From: a virus
DNA length: 64,000 nucleotides
Direction: 5' to 3' (one strand)
Virus record (IMG/VR): IMGVR_UViG_3300045988_120055
Span: 53,031 to 117,030 of that record
Shown: positions 20,379-29,193 of the stretch, one piece after another
Layout of the letters: every line of letters begins with the position of its first letter
How positions within the stretch are numbered: position 1 is the first letter of the stretch
Made by a program: the position numbers and the translations under genes
Notes under the pieces: model-generated
Seen by the model: the letters and a program-made list of their open reading frames with translations, nothing else
The model's database searches: none
Told to the model about the DNA's origin: nothing

Positions 20379-20920
20379 TATTTTCTTTCTCCTTTCACAA
20401 CATATGACTCAATCAATCCTTTTCTTAAACGATCATTCATATCCTGAATGGCTTCCTCAATTGTCTTAAATTTACACGAACAAATATGCTCTTTTGTCAA
20501 ATTAACAAATGAATATGTGTCATCGGATTTATTTTTAAAAATAACAACCACTGATTCTTCTCCATCTGGTTTTTTAACAATGAATCTGAGCGAACCTTTT
20601 TGTGTTTCCTTTTTGTTTTCAAGTAAGATAGTATAATTGATTTTTAACCATACACCATCTGCCCATACTTGTTTGATTTTTTCTTCAGCATTTTGAAGTC
20701 TACAATGTCTATAATCAATACTCTCGATATTATAAGCAAATGATTCAATGGCTTCTTTATCATTTTTGATTGTAATTTGACCATACGTTCCATTTCTTCC
20801 ATCTGCAATCGCATCAATAAATTCTTCCACAGTATATTCTTTATCAAGCACGACATCATATTTAGTAGATTTATCGTTATCAGAACGTGCTTGTTTTATT
20901 AATTTAAACATCTCTATCAC
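20378..20920 (-). CDS. hypothetical protein
   Basis: 180-aa ORF. Confidence 0.4.
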   Translation of the reverse strand: MIEMFKLIKQARSDNDKSTKYDVVLDKEYTVEEFIDAIADGRNGTYGQITIKNDKEAIESFAYNIESIDYRHCRLQNAEEKIKQVWADGVWLKINYTILLENKKETQKGSLRFIVKKPDGEESVVVIFKNKSDDTYSFVNLTKEHICSCKFKTIEEAIQDMNDRLRKGLIESYVVKGERK

Positions 20921-21173
20921 CTACTTTCTTATCAAATGTCTCTTGTAAATTTAACCAGAACTGCCCATCGTCAGCAAATCCATAATGGTCTGCCATTGCT
21001 TTCGCAAATTCTTTTGTAACGCTTTGTGATCCGTCAATCAGCCTTTGCACATAATCAACGTCCATACCGATTTTACTCGCAAGCTGATAAGGAGTCATCA
21101 TGCAAGATTCAATAAACTCTTCTAAGCATTCGCCAGGATGAAAAGCAATTTCATCTCCAATCTTTACATACAT
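20904..21173 (-). CDS. HigA-like HTH (XRE-family antitoxin-like) protein
   Basis: FHPGECLEEFIESCMMTPYQLASKIGMDVDYVQRLIDGSQSVTKEFAKAMADHYG resembles the HigA antidote HTH. Confidence 0.5.
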   Translation of the reverse strand: MYVKIGDEIAFHPGECLEEFIESCMMTPYQLASKIGMDVDYVQRLIDGSQSVTKEFAKAMADHYGFADDGQFWLNLQETFDKKVGDRDV

Positions 21174-21174
21174 A

Positions 21175-22005
21175 TCACACCATTCCTCTCACAATTCGTT
21201 CATTTGTAGTCATCAAAAAATCATTGATACGATCCCAATCTGGTTCGTCTGGCAAATCAGTAGTTTTAAATGCATTTTCGAAAGCTTGATAAAAGCAATC
21301 AAATAGCTCCCCAAAATCATTAGATGGAACAAATCGTTTGATTATATCATCAGTCGCTCTTCCTTTGACCACCATACTACTACAATAGGCTCCGTCTCTC
21401 AGCAATAATAAACTTCGTCTGAGAAGTTCGAAGTTGTAAGTTTGCATTGTAGATGTTTTCAATAACGCTGTTCCATTATGTATTACTCTAATTACATGCA
21501 TCATTGCCTTACAAACCTTCTTCTTTACTAAATTAATCTGATCTTCTGTTAAAATAGTTTCGTCATACAATCTGATCGTTTGTTCTTCTAAAGCCTGTGA
21601 ATATCCGTCAAATGCATACCAAATTTTCTTTGATAAAAACATATCACGATTCTTAATCAGCTCCATGCCGATATCAGAAATATATAAATAACATTCTGGA
21701 CGATTATATAAAAGTTCTAACACAGTCGGATTACCCTTGGCACATAAATCAACATATTTTTTTAATGTATACATTACAGTATCAGTATCCTTTTTGGTAT
21801 CCACTAATTTTGCATTGTCGTTCAACAAAATCTCTCTTTTATCACTAAGGAAAACACCACGTAAATCAATGTCAGAATCCTCTGTATTTGTTCCGTAGGC
21901 ATAACTTCCACCTAATGTTAGAAAAGCGATTTTATGAGGATAATCTCGCAAAAAATCATACTCTGTAGACGAGTTTATGTAATCCTTTACTTCTTCAATT
22001 GTCAT
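21175..22005 (-). CDS. minimal nucleotidyltransferase-fold protein (GS...DxD)
   Basis: LGGSYAYGTNTEDSDIDLRGVF is a canonical pol-beta-type NTase motif. Start moved to ATG 22005 (AGAGAGGTG RBS), which removes the overlap with the sigma gene. Confidence 0.5.
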   Translation of the reverse strand: MTIEEVKDYINSSTEYDFLRDYPHKIAFLTLGGSYAYGTNTEDSDIDLRGVFLSDKREILLNDNAKLVDTKKDTDTVMYTLKKYVDLCAKGNPTVLELLYNRPECYLYISDIGMELIKNRDMFLSKKIWYAFDGYSQALEEQTIRLYDETILTEDQINLVKKKVCKAMMHVIRVIHNGTALLKTSTMQTYNFELLRRSLLLLRDGAYCSSMVVKGRATDDIIKRFVPSNDFGELFDCFYQAFENAFKTTDLPDEPDWDRINDFLMTTNERIVRGMV

Positions 22006-22018
22006 GATCTCACCTCTC

Positions 22019-22552
22019 TTAACTACATAATGCTTTCTTAAACTGTACAATATTTTGACTAACCCACTGATGAGTGATTCCAAGTTGATTTGCAATTTGT
22101 CTTTGTGTTAAACCTTTCTGCTTTAAAACAATAATCTTTTTATTTCTCGGTGCCAATTTATCAAACTCATTTTGAAAATGTACCTTTGTAAGTACCTCAT
22201 CTTCTACGTTATCCCCACTCATCAGTGTTGTTCCGATTGTAATATCATCTTCTGGTTCATATCCTGCCAATGGCGTATCTAACGATTCAGCATTCCTATT
22301 TATTTTTTCTGTTGGTCTGTGCCATTTTGTATAATATTGATTCACTTCTGAACGTAATACCCAGAAGAGATATGTACCAAAAGTTCCTTTAGACTCGTCC
22401 CATTTTAATGCTGCTTTACAAATTGCCATACGACCAAGATCCATATATGTATCAAAATCTGTAAACTTTGTAAAATATTTTTCATGTAAATGCCAAATTA
22501 GAGAATAATTATCTTCAATCAGCTTTCGCTGTTCGTTATTTAGTTTCTTCAC
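22019..22552 (-). CDS. sigma-70 family sigma factor (second phage-encoded copy)
   Basis: Same architecture as 16150..16692; C-terminal HTH LTQRQIANQLGITHQWVSQNIVQF. Confidence 0.7.
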   Translation of the reverse strand: MKKLNNEQRKLIEDNYSLIWHLHEKYFTKFTDFDTYMDLGRMAICKAALKWDESKGTFGTYLFWVLRSEVNQYYTKWHRPTEKINRNAESLDTPLAGYEPEDDITIGTTLMSGDNVEDEVLTKVHFQNEFDKLAPRNKKIIVLKQKGLTQRQIANQLGITHQWVSQNIVQFKKALCS

Positions 22553-23321
22553 ATTTCTTAGCCTCCTGTTCTTTAATGAATTTTTGTACTTCCTCTACAT
22601 AACTTAATTCAAAATATCTTTCAATATACCCGCCCATTGGAACTCCAGTATATTTAAAATTAGGAATAGTTTCTTTTAGTTGACCACAAACCTCAGATCT
22701 AAATGTGTTTGTATATTTTTTCAAATCATTCATGGAATATGTTTGTTTAAAATATGGCATATCAAGAGTGTTAAATAGTCTCCATAAAAAACTACTATTT
22801 CTATACTTTGTTAACTTACTGTCACGCAATACATCCATAAAATCTCTCATAAATCGGATTATCTTATCAACATCTTTTGATGCTAATTCAAATACTAATT
22901 TTTTTGATTCATCATAATATGTATAATCATCATATTTCGTATTTGAATAAATCTTGTATACCTCATTTTCGCCTGATAGATTTGCTGATATATTATCAAC
23001 ACTCAAAACTTTGCCATTTTTCATAACTATTTCATTGCTACACAATATCGCAGGAGATGTTATAGAAAACTTATCCAATAAAACATATTGAGGGCTAAGA
23101 TTAAAATGTGGATTATGATCGTCAAAATTACAAAACATCTCCGCTAACTCAATCCGATCCTTATTTCTCAATGAATTAATTTCTGTCCATTCATCACCAA
23201 GACAAATACCACGTACTGTTTTTAAAATCCTTTTTCCATAAATTTCTACATCGGCTTCCCAATCTGGATCTCTGCTTTTACTAAAAGCACGTTCAATTTC
23301 TCTTGTATTTTTCTTTGACAT
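22536..23321 (-). CDS. hypothetical protein
   Basis: 261-aa ORF. Confidence 0.4.
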   Translation of the reverse strand: MSKKNTREIERAFSKSRDPDWEADVEIYGKRILKTVRGICLGDEWTEINSLRNKDRIELAEMFCNFDDHNPHFNLSPQYVLLDKFSITSPAILCSNEIVMKNGKVLSVDNISANLSGENEVYKIYSNTKYDDYTYYDESKKLVFELASKDVDKIIRFMRDFMDVLRDSKLTKYRNSSFLWRLFNTLDMPYFKQTYSMNDLKKYTNTFRSEVCGQLKETIPNFKYTGVPMGGYIERYFELSYVEEVQKFIKEQEAKKCEETK

Positions 23322-23324
23322 ACA

Positions 23325-24278
23325 TCACACTCCTAACACATATTTCTCACTTCTAAATCCAGCTGCATTCGGATGACCGCCACCACCATATTTCACAGCA
23401 AGCTCATACACATTTACTTTATCCTGTTCTGCGGATCGCAACTGATATTCCCACATACTTCCATTGAACGAAAAACCAATGAACATATCATATTTAGAAG
23501 CATCAATAGATTCAAAGAAATCAGAATTGATTAATGCTCGGTTGATTGCATAGACTTTATGTCCCTCAAATATGGTTTCAAAACCATATGCTCTAAGATA
23601 TTGTTCTGCATTTGCTGCTAAATACTCAATAATTGATAAGCCATCTGCTATCATATCACCAATAATTTTTGCTGCTTCATAAATTCCTTGATCTTTATTT
23701 AACGTGTTTAGCAATGGACTTAACGCATCAAAATCATACGATTCAAATGCATAGTGAAATGCTTTTACGAATTGTTTTGACGTTTCACCAAAATAAAATG
23801 TATCCCACATGGCTGTATATTCTGCCAGTTTTGGATAATCTGCTTTATATTTATATATATTGAGTAATCTTTTTACATTTTTCTCATCCGTCCTCTCAAT
23901 TTGCTCCCAATTTTCATCACACATATATTTAAAATATAACCATGTCAAATTCGCTCCTGAAATACCCGCTCCAGTAATTCTGATTCCTTTTACATCACAC
24001 TTGAAATCTTTATACGCTTCAATCGTAGACTGATGATGGTCGATCCAAAATACATTCTTTGTAATACTGAGCAACTGCCACATCTCTTCTGGCTCAATAC
24101 TGTAGTCTACAATAAACACAAATTCATCCTGCTCAATGTCATGAAACGGGAATTTCATGCCGTAATTAATTTTTCGGAAGTCCTCTGGTTCAAATGCTAA
24201 ACCTCGCTGTTCGCAAGCTTTTCTGACGTAAAAACCAGATACAATTCCGTCTTGATCAACGTGATAAAAACATTTCAT
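23325..24278 (-). CDS. DHH-DHHA1 phosphoesterase (NrnA-like nanoRNase / pAp phosphatase family)
   Basis: DHH motifs CFYHVDQDGIVSG and IDHHQST; DHHA1 motif GGGHPNAAGF near C-terminus; 317 aa stand-alone catalytic core. Confidence 0.65.
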   Translation of the reverse strand: MKCFYHVDQDGIVSGFYVRKACEQRGLAFEPEDFRKINYGMKFPFHDIEQDEFVFIVDYSIEPEEMWQLLSITKNVFWIDHHQSTIEAYKDFKCDVKGIRITGAGISGANLTWLYFKYMCDENWEQIERTDEKNVKRLLNIYKYKADYPKLAEYTAMWDTFYFGETSKQFVKAFHYAFESYDFDALSPLLNTLNKDQGIYEAAKIIGDMIADGLSIIEYLAANAEQYLRAYGFETIFEGHKVYAINRALINSDFFESIDASKYDMFIGFSFNGSMWEYQLRSAEQDKVNVYELAVKYGGGGHPNAAGFRSEKYVLGV

Positions 24279-24676
24279 TATTTTTCCTCCTTTAATTTAT
24301 TATTAATAAATTTTGCACACTCTTGCATAGCATTTTTACCACTAAAAACTTTAGCTATTCCATTATCTTTACATAGATTCTCAACGGCTTTAAGATCATG
24401 TGCGATTGTGTCTCCGCTATATAAATTTAAGAAGATTGTTTTTTCTGGACGTTTATTTACATCATCTACCAATTCTGCTATAGAATATACTCCTCTAATT
24501 CCTTTTGTAATACCATACACGACATAATCTGCTGTTTCTCTTTCATAGACTTCTTTTTGCCTGTCTTTTTCACTCCAACCATGAGTGATTGGATTATAAT
24601 AATTGCATTCAAGCATTTTCTGGAATTTATTTCTCCATTTCCATCCAGAAGTTGTACCACCTAAAAATACTTTCAT
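24278..24676 (-). CDS. nucleoside 2-deoxyribosyltransferase-like protein (second copy)
   Basis: MKVFLGGTTSGW ... ADYVVYGITKGIRGVYSIAELVDDVNKRPEKTIFL pattern of the NDT/Rcl-like family. Confidence 0.45.
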   Translation of the reverse strand: MKVFLGGTTSGWKWRNKFQKMLECNYYNPITHGWSEKDRQKEVYERETADYVVYGITKGIRGVYSIAELVDDVNKRPEKTIFLNLYSGDTIAHDLKAVENLCKDNGIAKVFSGKNAMQECAKFINNKLKEEK

Positions 24677-24993
24677 TCTTCTTTCTCCTTCACTATTTTT
24701 ACTTTATGACCAAGTTCTTTTTCAATTTCTGAAATTGTCATTTCTTTCTGACTTGCTTTATCGTTCATTATATCTACATCAGCATATGTACCTGATTGTC
24801 TTTTATAATAGAGGTGTGCAAGAAGAATATTAATTGCATCACTCACTTCCTCCTCTGTTGGTTGATGAAAATTCATTGCTTTAAGAATGTTGCGACATTC
24901 GGCTTCTGATAAAACCGACCAATCTACTGTATATGCAGGTATACCCAACATTGTACTTGTATCAATTATCGCAATCTGTAACATTTTATTCAT
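24673..24993 (-). CDS. hypothetical protein
   Basis: 106-aa ORF. Confidence 0.4.
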   Translation of the reverse strand: MNKMLQIAIIDTSTMLGIPAYTVDWSVLSEAECRNILKAMNFHQPTEEEVSDAINILLAHLYYKRQSGTYADVDIMNDKASQKEMTISEIEKELGHKVKIVKEKEE

Positions 24994-24995
24994 CG

Positions 24996-25163
24996 TTATA
25001 TCTCTCCTTTTTCAATTTCTTCTTTTATAGTTCTATATGAAAGAGCCTCATTGGACTCTTTATCATTAATTCCATTTCTTTCTAATAGCTTGTCCAATTC
25101 CTCAGGACTCAGCCGATCAAAGAATCGTTTTATTTCCTGTTTACGTTCTTGTCTTGTTTTCAT
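24996..25163 (-). CDS. small hypothetical protein (55 aa)
   Basis: ATG at 25163, TAA at 24996-24998; translation MKTRQERKQEIKRFFDRLSPEELDKLLERNGINDKESNEALSYRTIKEEIEKGEI; below the ORF-track length cutoff; fills the gap downstream of the tandem repeats. Confidence 0.35.
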   Translation of the reverse strand: MKTRQERKQEIKRFFDRLSPEELDKLLERNGINDKESNEALSYRTIKEEIEKGEI

Positions 25164-25173
25164 AATTTTCCTT

Positions 25174-25260
25174 TATTTTTTATAGTTGTCAAACCAATTC
25201 ATAAGCATCTGATCCAGCAATCTAGTTTTGTACCTATGTTATTTTTATAGTTGTCAAACC
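25174..25260 (-). repeat. two direct 21-22 bp repeats TATTTTT(T)ATAGTTGTCAAACC (minus-strand GGTTTGACAACTATAAAAA(A)TA), 65 bp apart
   Basis: Copies at 25174-25195 and 25239-25260; each carries a TTGACA hexamer in the direction of the downstream genes; in a 250-bp region without a convincing ORF. Confidence 0.5.
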
Positions 25261-25416
25261 CCAAATAACATAAATCCGACAATATAACATAGATTTTAGT
25301 GAGTGCTATAGTAAGCCTCACTTTTGGCGTACTCAATATTATTTGAGCAGAATATTTTATATATTCCCAAAACACACCAAGTATTTTAAAATTTTTATTT
25401 TGTTTCTTAGCCATAT

Positions 25417-25602
25417 CTACTTCACTACCTTACCATCTGGCATTATAAATTCCCAATACCCATCACTATTTTCAACTTCTTTTGGCTCTTCTTTATCTAT
25501 TTTCTCCATCAACTTCTGCGCTCGTTCAATATCTTCTTTTGTCCAATTTTCTACTTCGTCAATCAAACCTTGCAAAAACTTCAATGATTCTTGTTTACTC
25601 AT
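25417..25602 (-). CDS. small hypothetical protein
   Basis: 61 aa; GAGGA RBS 9 nt upstream. Confidence 0.4.
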   Translation of the reverse strand: MSKQESLKFLQGLIDEVENWTKEDIERAQKLMEKIDKEEPKEVENSDGYWEFIMPDGKVVK

Positions 25603-25607
25603 GAGTC

Positions 25608-25889
25608 TTATTCCTCACATTTTCTACCATATAGTAAGAATCCAAGATCTCGTATTCTACCTATCTTACGATCATCCTTGTTTTCAAAAAATTCTAAAGA
25701 GTAAATATCACGATTAGAGATGTTTACTGGTTTGTCAAATTTAACGGTCATATATCTATACCCATATCTACGACCAATCTCATCTGTTCCGATGCGAGTA
25801 ATTGTACCTTTGTCGTTATTTCTAACCAAACCTCCTTTAGCCGCTGGCTTCATTCTATAAATATAAACTCTATCTCCGACCTTTAGCAT
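25608..25889 (-). CDS. hypothetical protein
   Basis: 93-aa ORF. Confidence 0.4.
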   Translation of the reverse strand: MLKVGDRVYIYRMKPAAKGGLVRNNDKGTITRIGTDEIGRRYGYRYMTVKFDKPVNISNRDIYSLEFFENKDDRKIGRIRDLGFLLYGRKCEE

Positions 25890-26198
25890 TTACTTACCTT
25901 CCATTTCTTCATAAAGCTCTCTAAATTTTCTAAAATCATCCGCACTACCACCATTGTCTGGATGACTTTTCTTCATTGCATACTTCACTGCATCCTTAAC
26001 ATCTGAACGAGTTTCTTCCTTATTATATGTACCATTTTCTTTGTCGTTCGCATCAGCCATGAATGACATTTTATCTAAGATCAGATTTACATTTGTCTGT
26101 CTCATCCGATCTAACTTTCTTTCATATCTTAGAAATACAATCACTCCAACGATACAAAACCCAATGGCAAACTCAATATTAGCTCCCATATTAATCAC
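25890..26198 (-). CDS. membrane-anchored J-domain (DnaJ-like) protein
   Basis: N-terminal TM helix and C-terminal KYAMKKSHPDNGGSADDFRKFRELYEEM with HPD tripeptide. Confidence 0.5.
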   Translation of the reverse strand: MINMGANIEFAIGFCIVGVIVFLRYERKLDRMRQTNVNLILDKMSFMADANDKENGTYNKEETRSDVKDAVKYAMKKSHPDNGGSADDFRKFRELYEEMEGK

Positions 26199-26222
26199 CT
26201 CCCTTTACATAAAACTCAGATT

Positions 26223-26390
26223 TTACTCTATTACATATCTTTTCTCACAGCCACATTTCTTGCAGCGATAAACCTTCTCACATCTATAAGGTTTTGTAGA
26301 TCTGTCGCCATAATATATTGCAGACTCAAATATCTGTTCCCAATCATGTTTACAGAAACAAGACCTGATATACCAAATTAATCTTCTCAT
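26223..26390 (-). CDS. small Cys-rich zinc-ribbon-like protein (55 aa)
   Basis: ATG 26390, GAGGT RBS; translation MRRLIWYIRSCFCKHDWEQ...RCEKVYRCKKCGCEKRYVIE; fills an otherwise empty 200-bp gap. Confidence 0.3.
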   Translation of the reverse strand: MRRLIWYIRSCFCKHDWEQIFESAIYYGDRSTKPYRCEKVYRCKKCGCEKRYVIE

Positions 26391-26405
26391 TTAATACCTT
26401 GCACC

Positions 26406-26714
26406 TCATATTTCACTCAATAAGTCTTTCACAATTACTCGATCTTCGTCTTTAACTTTTTTTGATTTTGTTGTTGCCATAAACTCTAACCACTCTTTTC
26501 TCATTTTCTTTTCGTCATCATTTAAGTGTTCGATTACAATTAATTGCTTAGAATTAAGTTTGTCGTGACTAGAAATATAGTTATTCCATCCGTCTTTCCA
26601 AAACAACTTGTTTGAGATAACTAATGCATATCCCATCAATGTTTCTCCATTTACTATTCTTGATCTAAAACACAGATTTCCATTTTCAATGGGATTATTT
26701 CTCATATCTTTCAT
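26406..26714 (-). CDS. hypothetical protein
   Basis: 102-aa ORF. Confidence 0.4.
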   Translation of the reverse strand: MKDMRNNPIENGNLCFRSRIVNGETLMGYALVISNKLFWKDGWNNYISSHDKLNSKQLIVIEHLNDDEKKMRKEWLEFMATTKSKKVKDEDRVIVKDLLSEI

Positions 26715-26893
26715 TCTTCATCACCCTCTTCTGGTCTTAGCATAATCCCAAGACCTGTACACATTCCTGTAAGTTTCTTGTCCATTGCCTTGATTCTTTT
26801 GTAGTTGTAATATGTCATATATGGTACTCCAATTCCAATTGCTATGATCACCATAAACGCCAATACCCAAATTATGTAAAACAAAACGTCCAT
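26711..26893 (-). CDS. small membrane protein
   Basis: 60 aa, one TM helix. Confidence 0.35.
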   Translation of the reverse strand: MDVLFYIIWVLAFMVIIAIGIGVPYMTYYNYKRIKAMDKKLTGMCTGLGIMLRPEEGDEE

Positions 26894-26894
26894 T

Positions 26895-27161
26895 TTATCT
26901 TTCTCCTTTTCTTCGATCTCTTTCTATTTTTCTGAGATACCTTCTTTGTTTTTCGACCACATTAAATGCAAAATCATCTATGTGTCCATACGATGCGAAG
27001 TTTCGTGCCATTGTCAAATCCCCATAAATCTTATGATATGTTTCGTTTTTGACCATTTCTTTTCTGCAATAATACAATGCGTTACATAATGTTGTTAGCT
27101 CTGTTGCATCCAATCTAATGATCGCCTCACTATCTTCTTTGGAAAGATTTAAAATCTGCAT
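26895..27161 (-). CDS. hypothetical protein (start revised)
   Basis: Track ORF 26895..27302 overlaps the upstream gene by 116 nt; internal ATG 27161 has an AGGAG RBS 9 nt upstream and sits 25 nt after the stop of the upstream gene. Confidence 0.35.
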   Translation of the reverse strand: MQILNLSKEDSEAIIRLDATELTTLCNALYYCRKEMVKNETYHKIYGDLTMARNFASYGHIDDFAFNVVEKQRRYLRKIERDRRKGER

Positions 27162-27186
27162 ATCAACAACTCCTTTCTGTCTACTA

Positions 27187-27507
27187 CTATCTCCTAAAAT
27201 CAAACCACCATACTGTGTAAAAATTCTTCTGAAAATATGTATCGTCTCCGTCATCAAGTTCTGTAAAATATTTTCTGCCTCGTTCCTTAACATCGTCTTC
27301 ATTGAAATAACTATATGCCCATGCAGGAATTGTGTAAGATTCCTTATCTTCTAAGCAAAGATTCAACAAATCTTTGACCATCATCTGCAATTCTTCTTCA
27401 TCATATCCCTGCGTCATTACGTCAAAATATGGGATATATGCCATATATGGAACCGAGTCATTTTCATCTTTTAGAACTACGACAGGAAATGTTAGATTGT
27501 AATTCAT
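27187..27507 (-). CDS. HicB-like (UPF0150) antitoxin-fold protein, orphan (start revised)
   Basis: NYNLTFPVVVLKDENDSVPYMAYIPYFDVMTQGYDEEELQMMVKDL resembles the HicB N-terminal domain; ATG 27507 has a GGGAG RBS; the track start 27696 would overlap the upstream gene. Confidence 0.4.
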   Translation of the reverse strand: MNYNLTFPVVVLKDENDSVPYMAYIPYFDVMTQGYDEEELQMMVKDLLNLCLEDKESYTIPAWAYSYFNEDDVKERGRKYFTELDDGDDTYFQKNFYTVWWFDFRR

Positions 27508-27601
27508 ATCAGCCTTGCTCCCTTGAATTGTAAATATTATTTTTTCTTCATCGGTTGTATCGTCAGTAAGTGCAAATAGCGAAACATCTCTAAGTGCGTA
27601 T

Positions 27602-27802
27602 CTAATATTGTTTACATCCTTTCTTCTTATGTTTTTTCTTCTTATATGGCGTACAATCACGAACATTAACCCATGACCATCTAAATGCTTCATCAAGATA
27701 AATCAAAAAGGCTGTATAAGTGTCTCCACAACTGCTAGAATCACATTTGTCTGTGCAAACTCCATACACTTTATATGGTTTTGCATGATATAAAACTTTC
27801 AT
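27602..27802 (-). CDS. small Cys-rich hypothetical protein
   Basis: 66 aa from second ATG downstream of a GGAGGAG RBS; ends K-rich. Confidence 0.3.
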   Translation of the reverse strand: MKVLYHAKPYKVYGVCTDKCDSSSCGDTYTAFLIYLDEAFRWSWVNVRDCTPYKKKKHKKKGCKQY

Positions 27803-27804
27803 AA

Positions 27805-28242
27805 TCATTCTCCTCCAAAATAAATCCACCACTTAGTAACATTGTAATCAATTTCTTTTTCTTTTAATTTTGCAATCTTGCGATAATTGCTTTGGTATGT
27901 ATCCATCTGTTCTTTAACAAGTTCATTACTTCTTAATTCAGGATATGTTGTGATCAATGCCATTCCATCACCAGCTTTAAATTCTTTGTATGTATCCTTT
28001 TCATGATTCATGTAACTCTTAACAGTCACATCAATCTTTCTCTCAAGTTGCCAATTTTGTGTTTCATACATTTTAATTTTCTGATTGACGCCTTGATTTT
28101 CATACAAGTTACTCAGTAGCAAACATAAAACTACGATGACAGCAAAGTTAATCGGAATTAACACAACATCAAAATCACCAGAGAAGCAACCTTTGTAGAT
28201 TATTAAAGCAATTATGGCGATTATAAGTACCAATATCACCAT
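27805..28242 (-). CDS. membrane protein
   Basis: 145 aa, two N-terminal TM helices. Confidence 0.4.
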   Translation of the reverse strand: MVILVLIIAIIALIIYKGCFSGDFDVVLIPINFAVIVVLCLLLSNLYENQGVNQKIKMYETQNWQLERKIDVTVKSYMNHEKDTYKEFKAGDGMALITTYPELRSNELVKEQMDTYQSNYRKIAKLKEKEIDYNVTKWWIYFGGE

Positions 28243-28787
28243 TATTCATCCACCTCACAATCAACATCAAATAGATATTTCATGATACGTTTTGTACCGA
28301 TTTTGTTGGCAGCATCCTCTGCAATTTCTGGAGAAGTAAAATAAATGCCATTGATTGTTTGTGATGCATATAAATATGCCGTTGTTAAATCTCTATCTAC
28401 AATGTCATACCTAATACAACAATGCTCATTTTCACCATCCCAAATTAGTTTTTCAAGATCATTGTGTTCGTCAGCAAATCTTTGAAGCTCGATCTTAATT
28501 TTCTGTTTTTCTCTTGCAAATTCTGCTTCTTCTTTAGTTCTGAAGCAATTTCCCATAGAATATCTTCCCTGGTCTACGCGATCATTTTCCCATTCACAAT
28601 TATTGATTTGTCCATCAGTGCCGATAAACCAATACCATTCTCTACATTCGGGTTTCCAAATTTTAGGCTCTGATTTCTTTTCTTCTTTCTTGTTTGCTCT
28701 CTCGCAGCATTTCTCAAATAATGCTTTTATTAGATCCTGTTCTGCCTCTGGCAGCACTGAAATATCAATTGTTTTTGCTACACTCAT
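28242..28787 (-). CDS. hypothetical protein
   Basis: 181-aa ORF. Confidence 0.4.
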   Translation of the reverse strand: MSVAKTIDISVLPEAEQDLIKALFEKCCERANKKEEKKSEPKIWKPECREWYWFIGTDGQINNCEWENDRVDQGRYSMGNCFRTKEEAEFAREKQKIKIELQRFADEHNDLEKLIWDGENEHCCIRYDIVDRDLTTAYLYASQTINGIYFTSPEIAEDAANKIGTKRIMKYLFDVDCEVDE

Positions 28788-29179
28788 TTATTTCCCTCAC
28801 TTTTAAACTCTTCAATCTCTCTCCACGCCAAAACACTTTCGTCGTTATAGTATAAAATGTTACTGTTACGCCTTCTCCATCCATGAGAATCGTGCCATGA
28901 CCTATGGGTGCATTCACCTTTTATAAAAACCCAAACGTACTTAATATCTTCTGGCAGATCATCAGGATTCTTTCTTAAGTCATGCCATCTATACTTTTCT
29001 TTATATTCTTTTAACTCTTTCAATTCTCCCAGCCACTTCGCAAGTTGCTCATGATTTAAGGCACAGTCAATCAATCCATCAAGTTCTTCATCATCTGGAT
29101 TTGCATGGCACAACATAGCTTCTGTGTATTTCTTGGTTGCCATATCATTTGCGTATTTAATAGTTTCTTCTAAATTCAT
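28784..29179 (-). CDS. hypothetical protein
   Basis: 131-aa ORF. Confidence 0.4.
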   Translation of the reverse strand: MNLEETIKYANDMATKKYTEAMLCHANPDDEELDGLIDCALNHEQLAKWLGELKELKEYKEKYRWHDLRKNPDDLPEDIKYVWVFIKGECTHRSWHDSHGWRRRNSNILYYNDESVLAWREIEEFKSEGNK

Positions 29180-29193
29180 TTGTCTTCTCCTCT

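Noticed and set aside
25199-25414. 71-aa minus ORF and overlapping 124-aa plus ORF in the tandem-repeat gap
   Set aside because: Both overlap the direct repeats and lack RBSs. The sequence looks regulatory rather than coding.
27508-27696. Upstream extension of the HicB-like ORF to the track start at 27696
   Set aside because: It would overlap the upstream 66-aa gene in another frame. The HicB-like domain and a GGGAG RBS begin at 27507.
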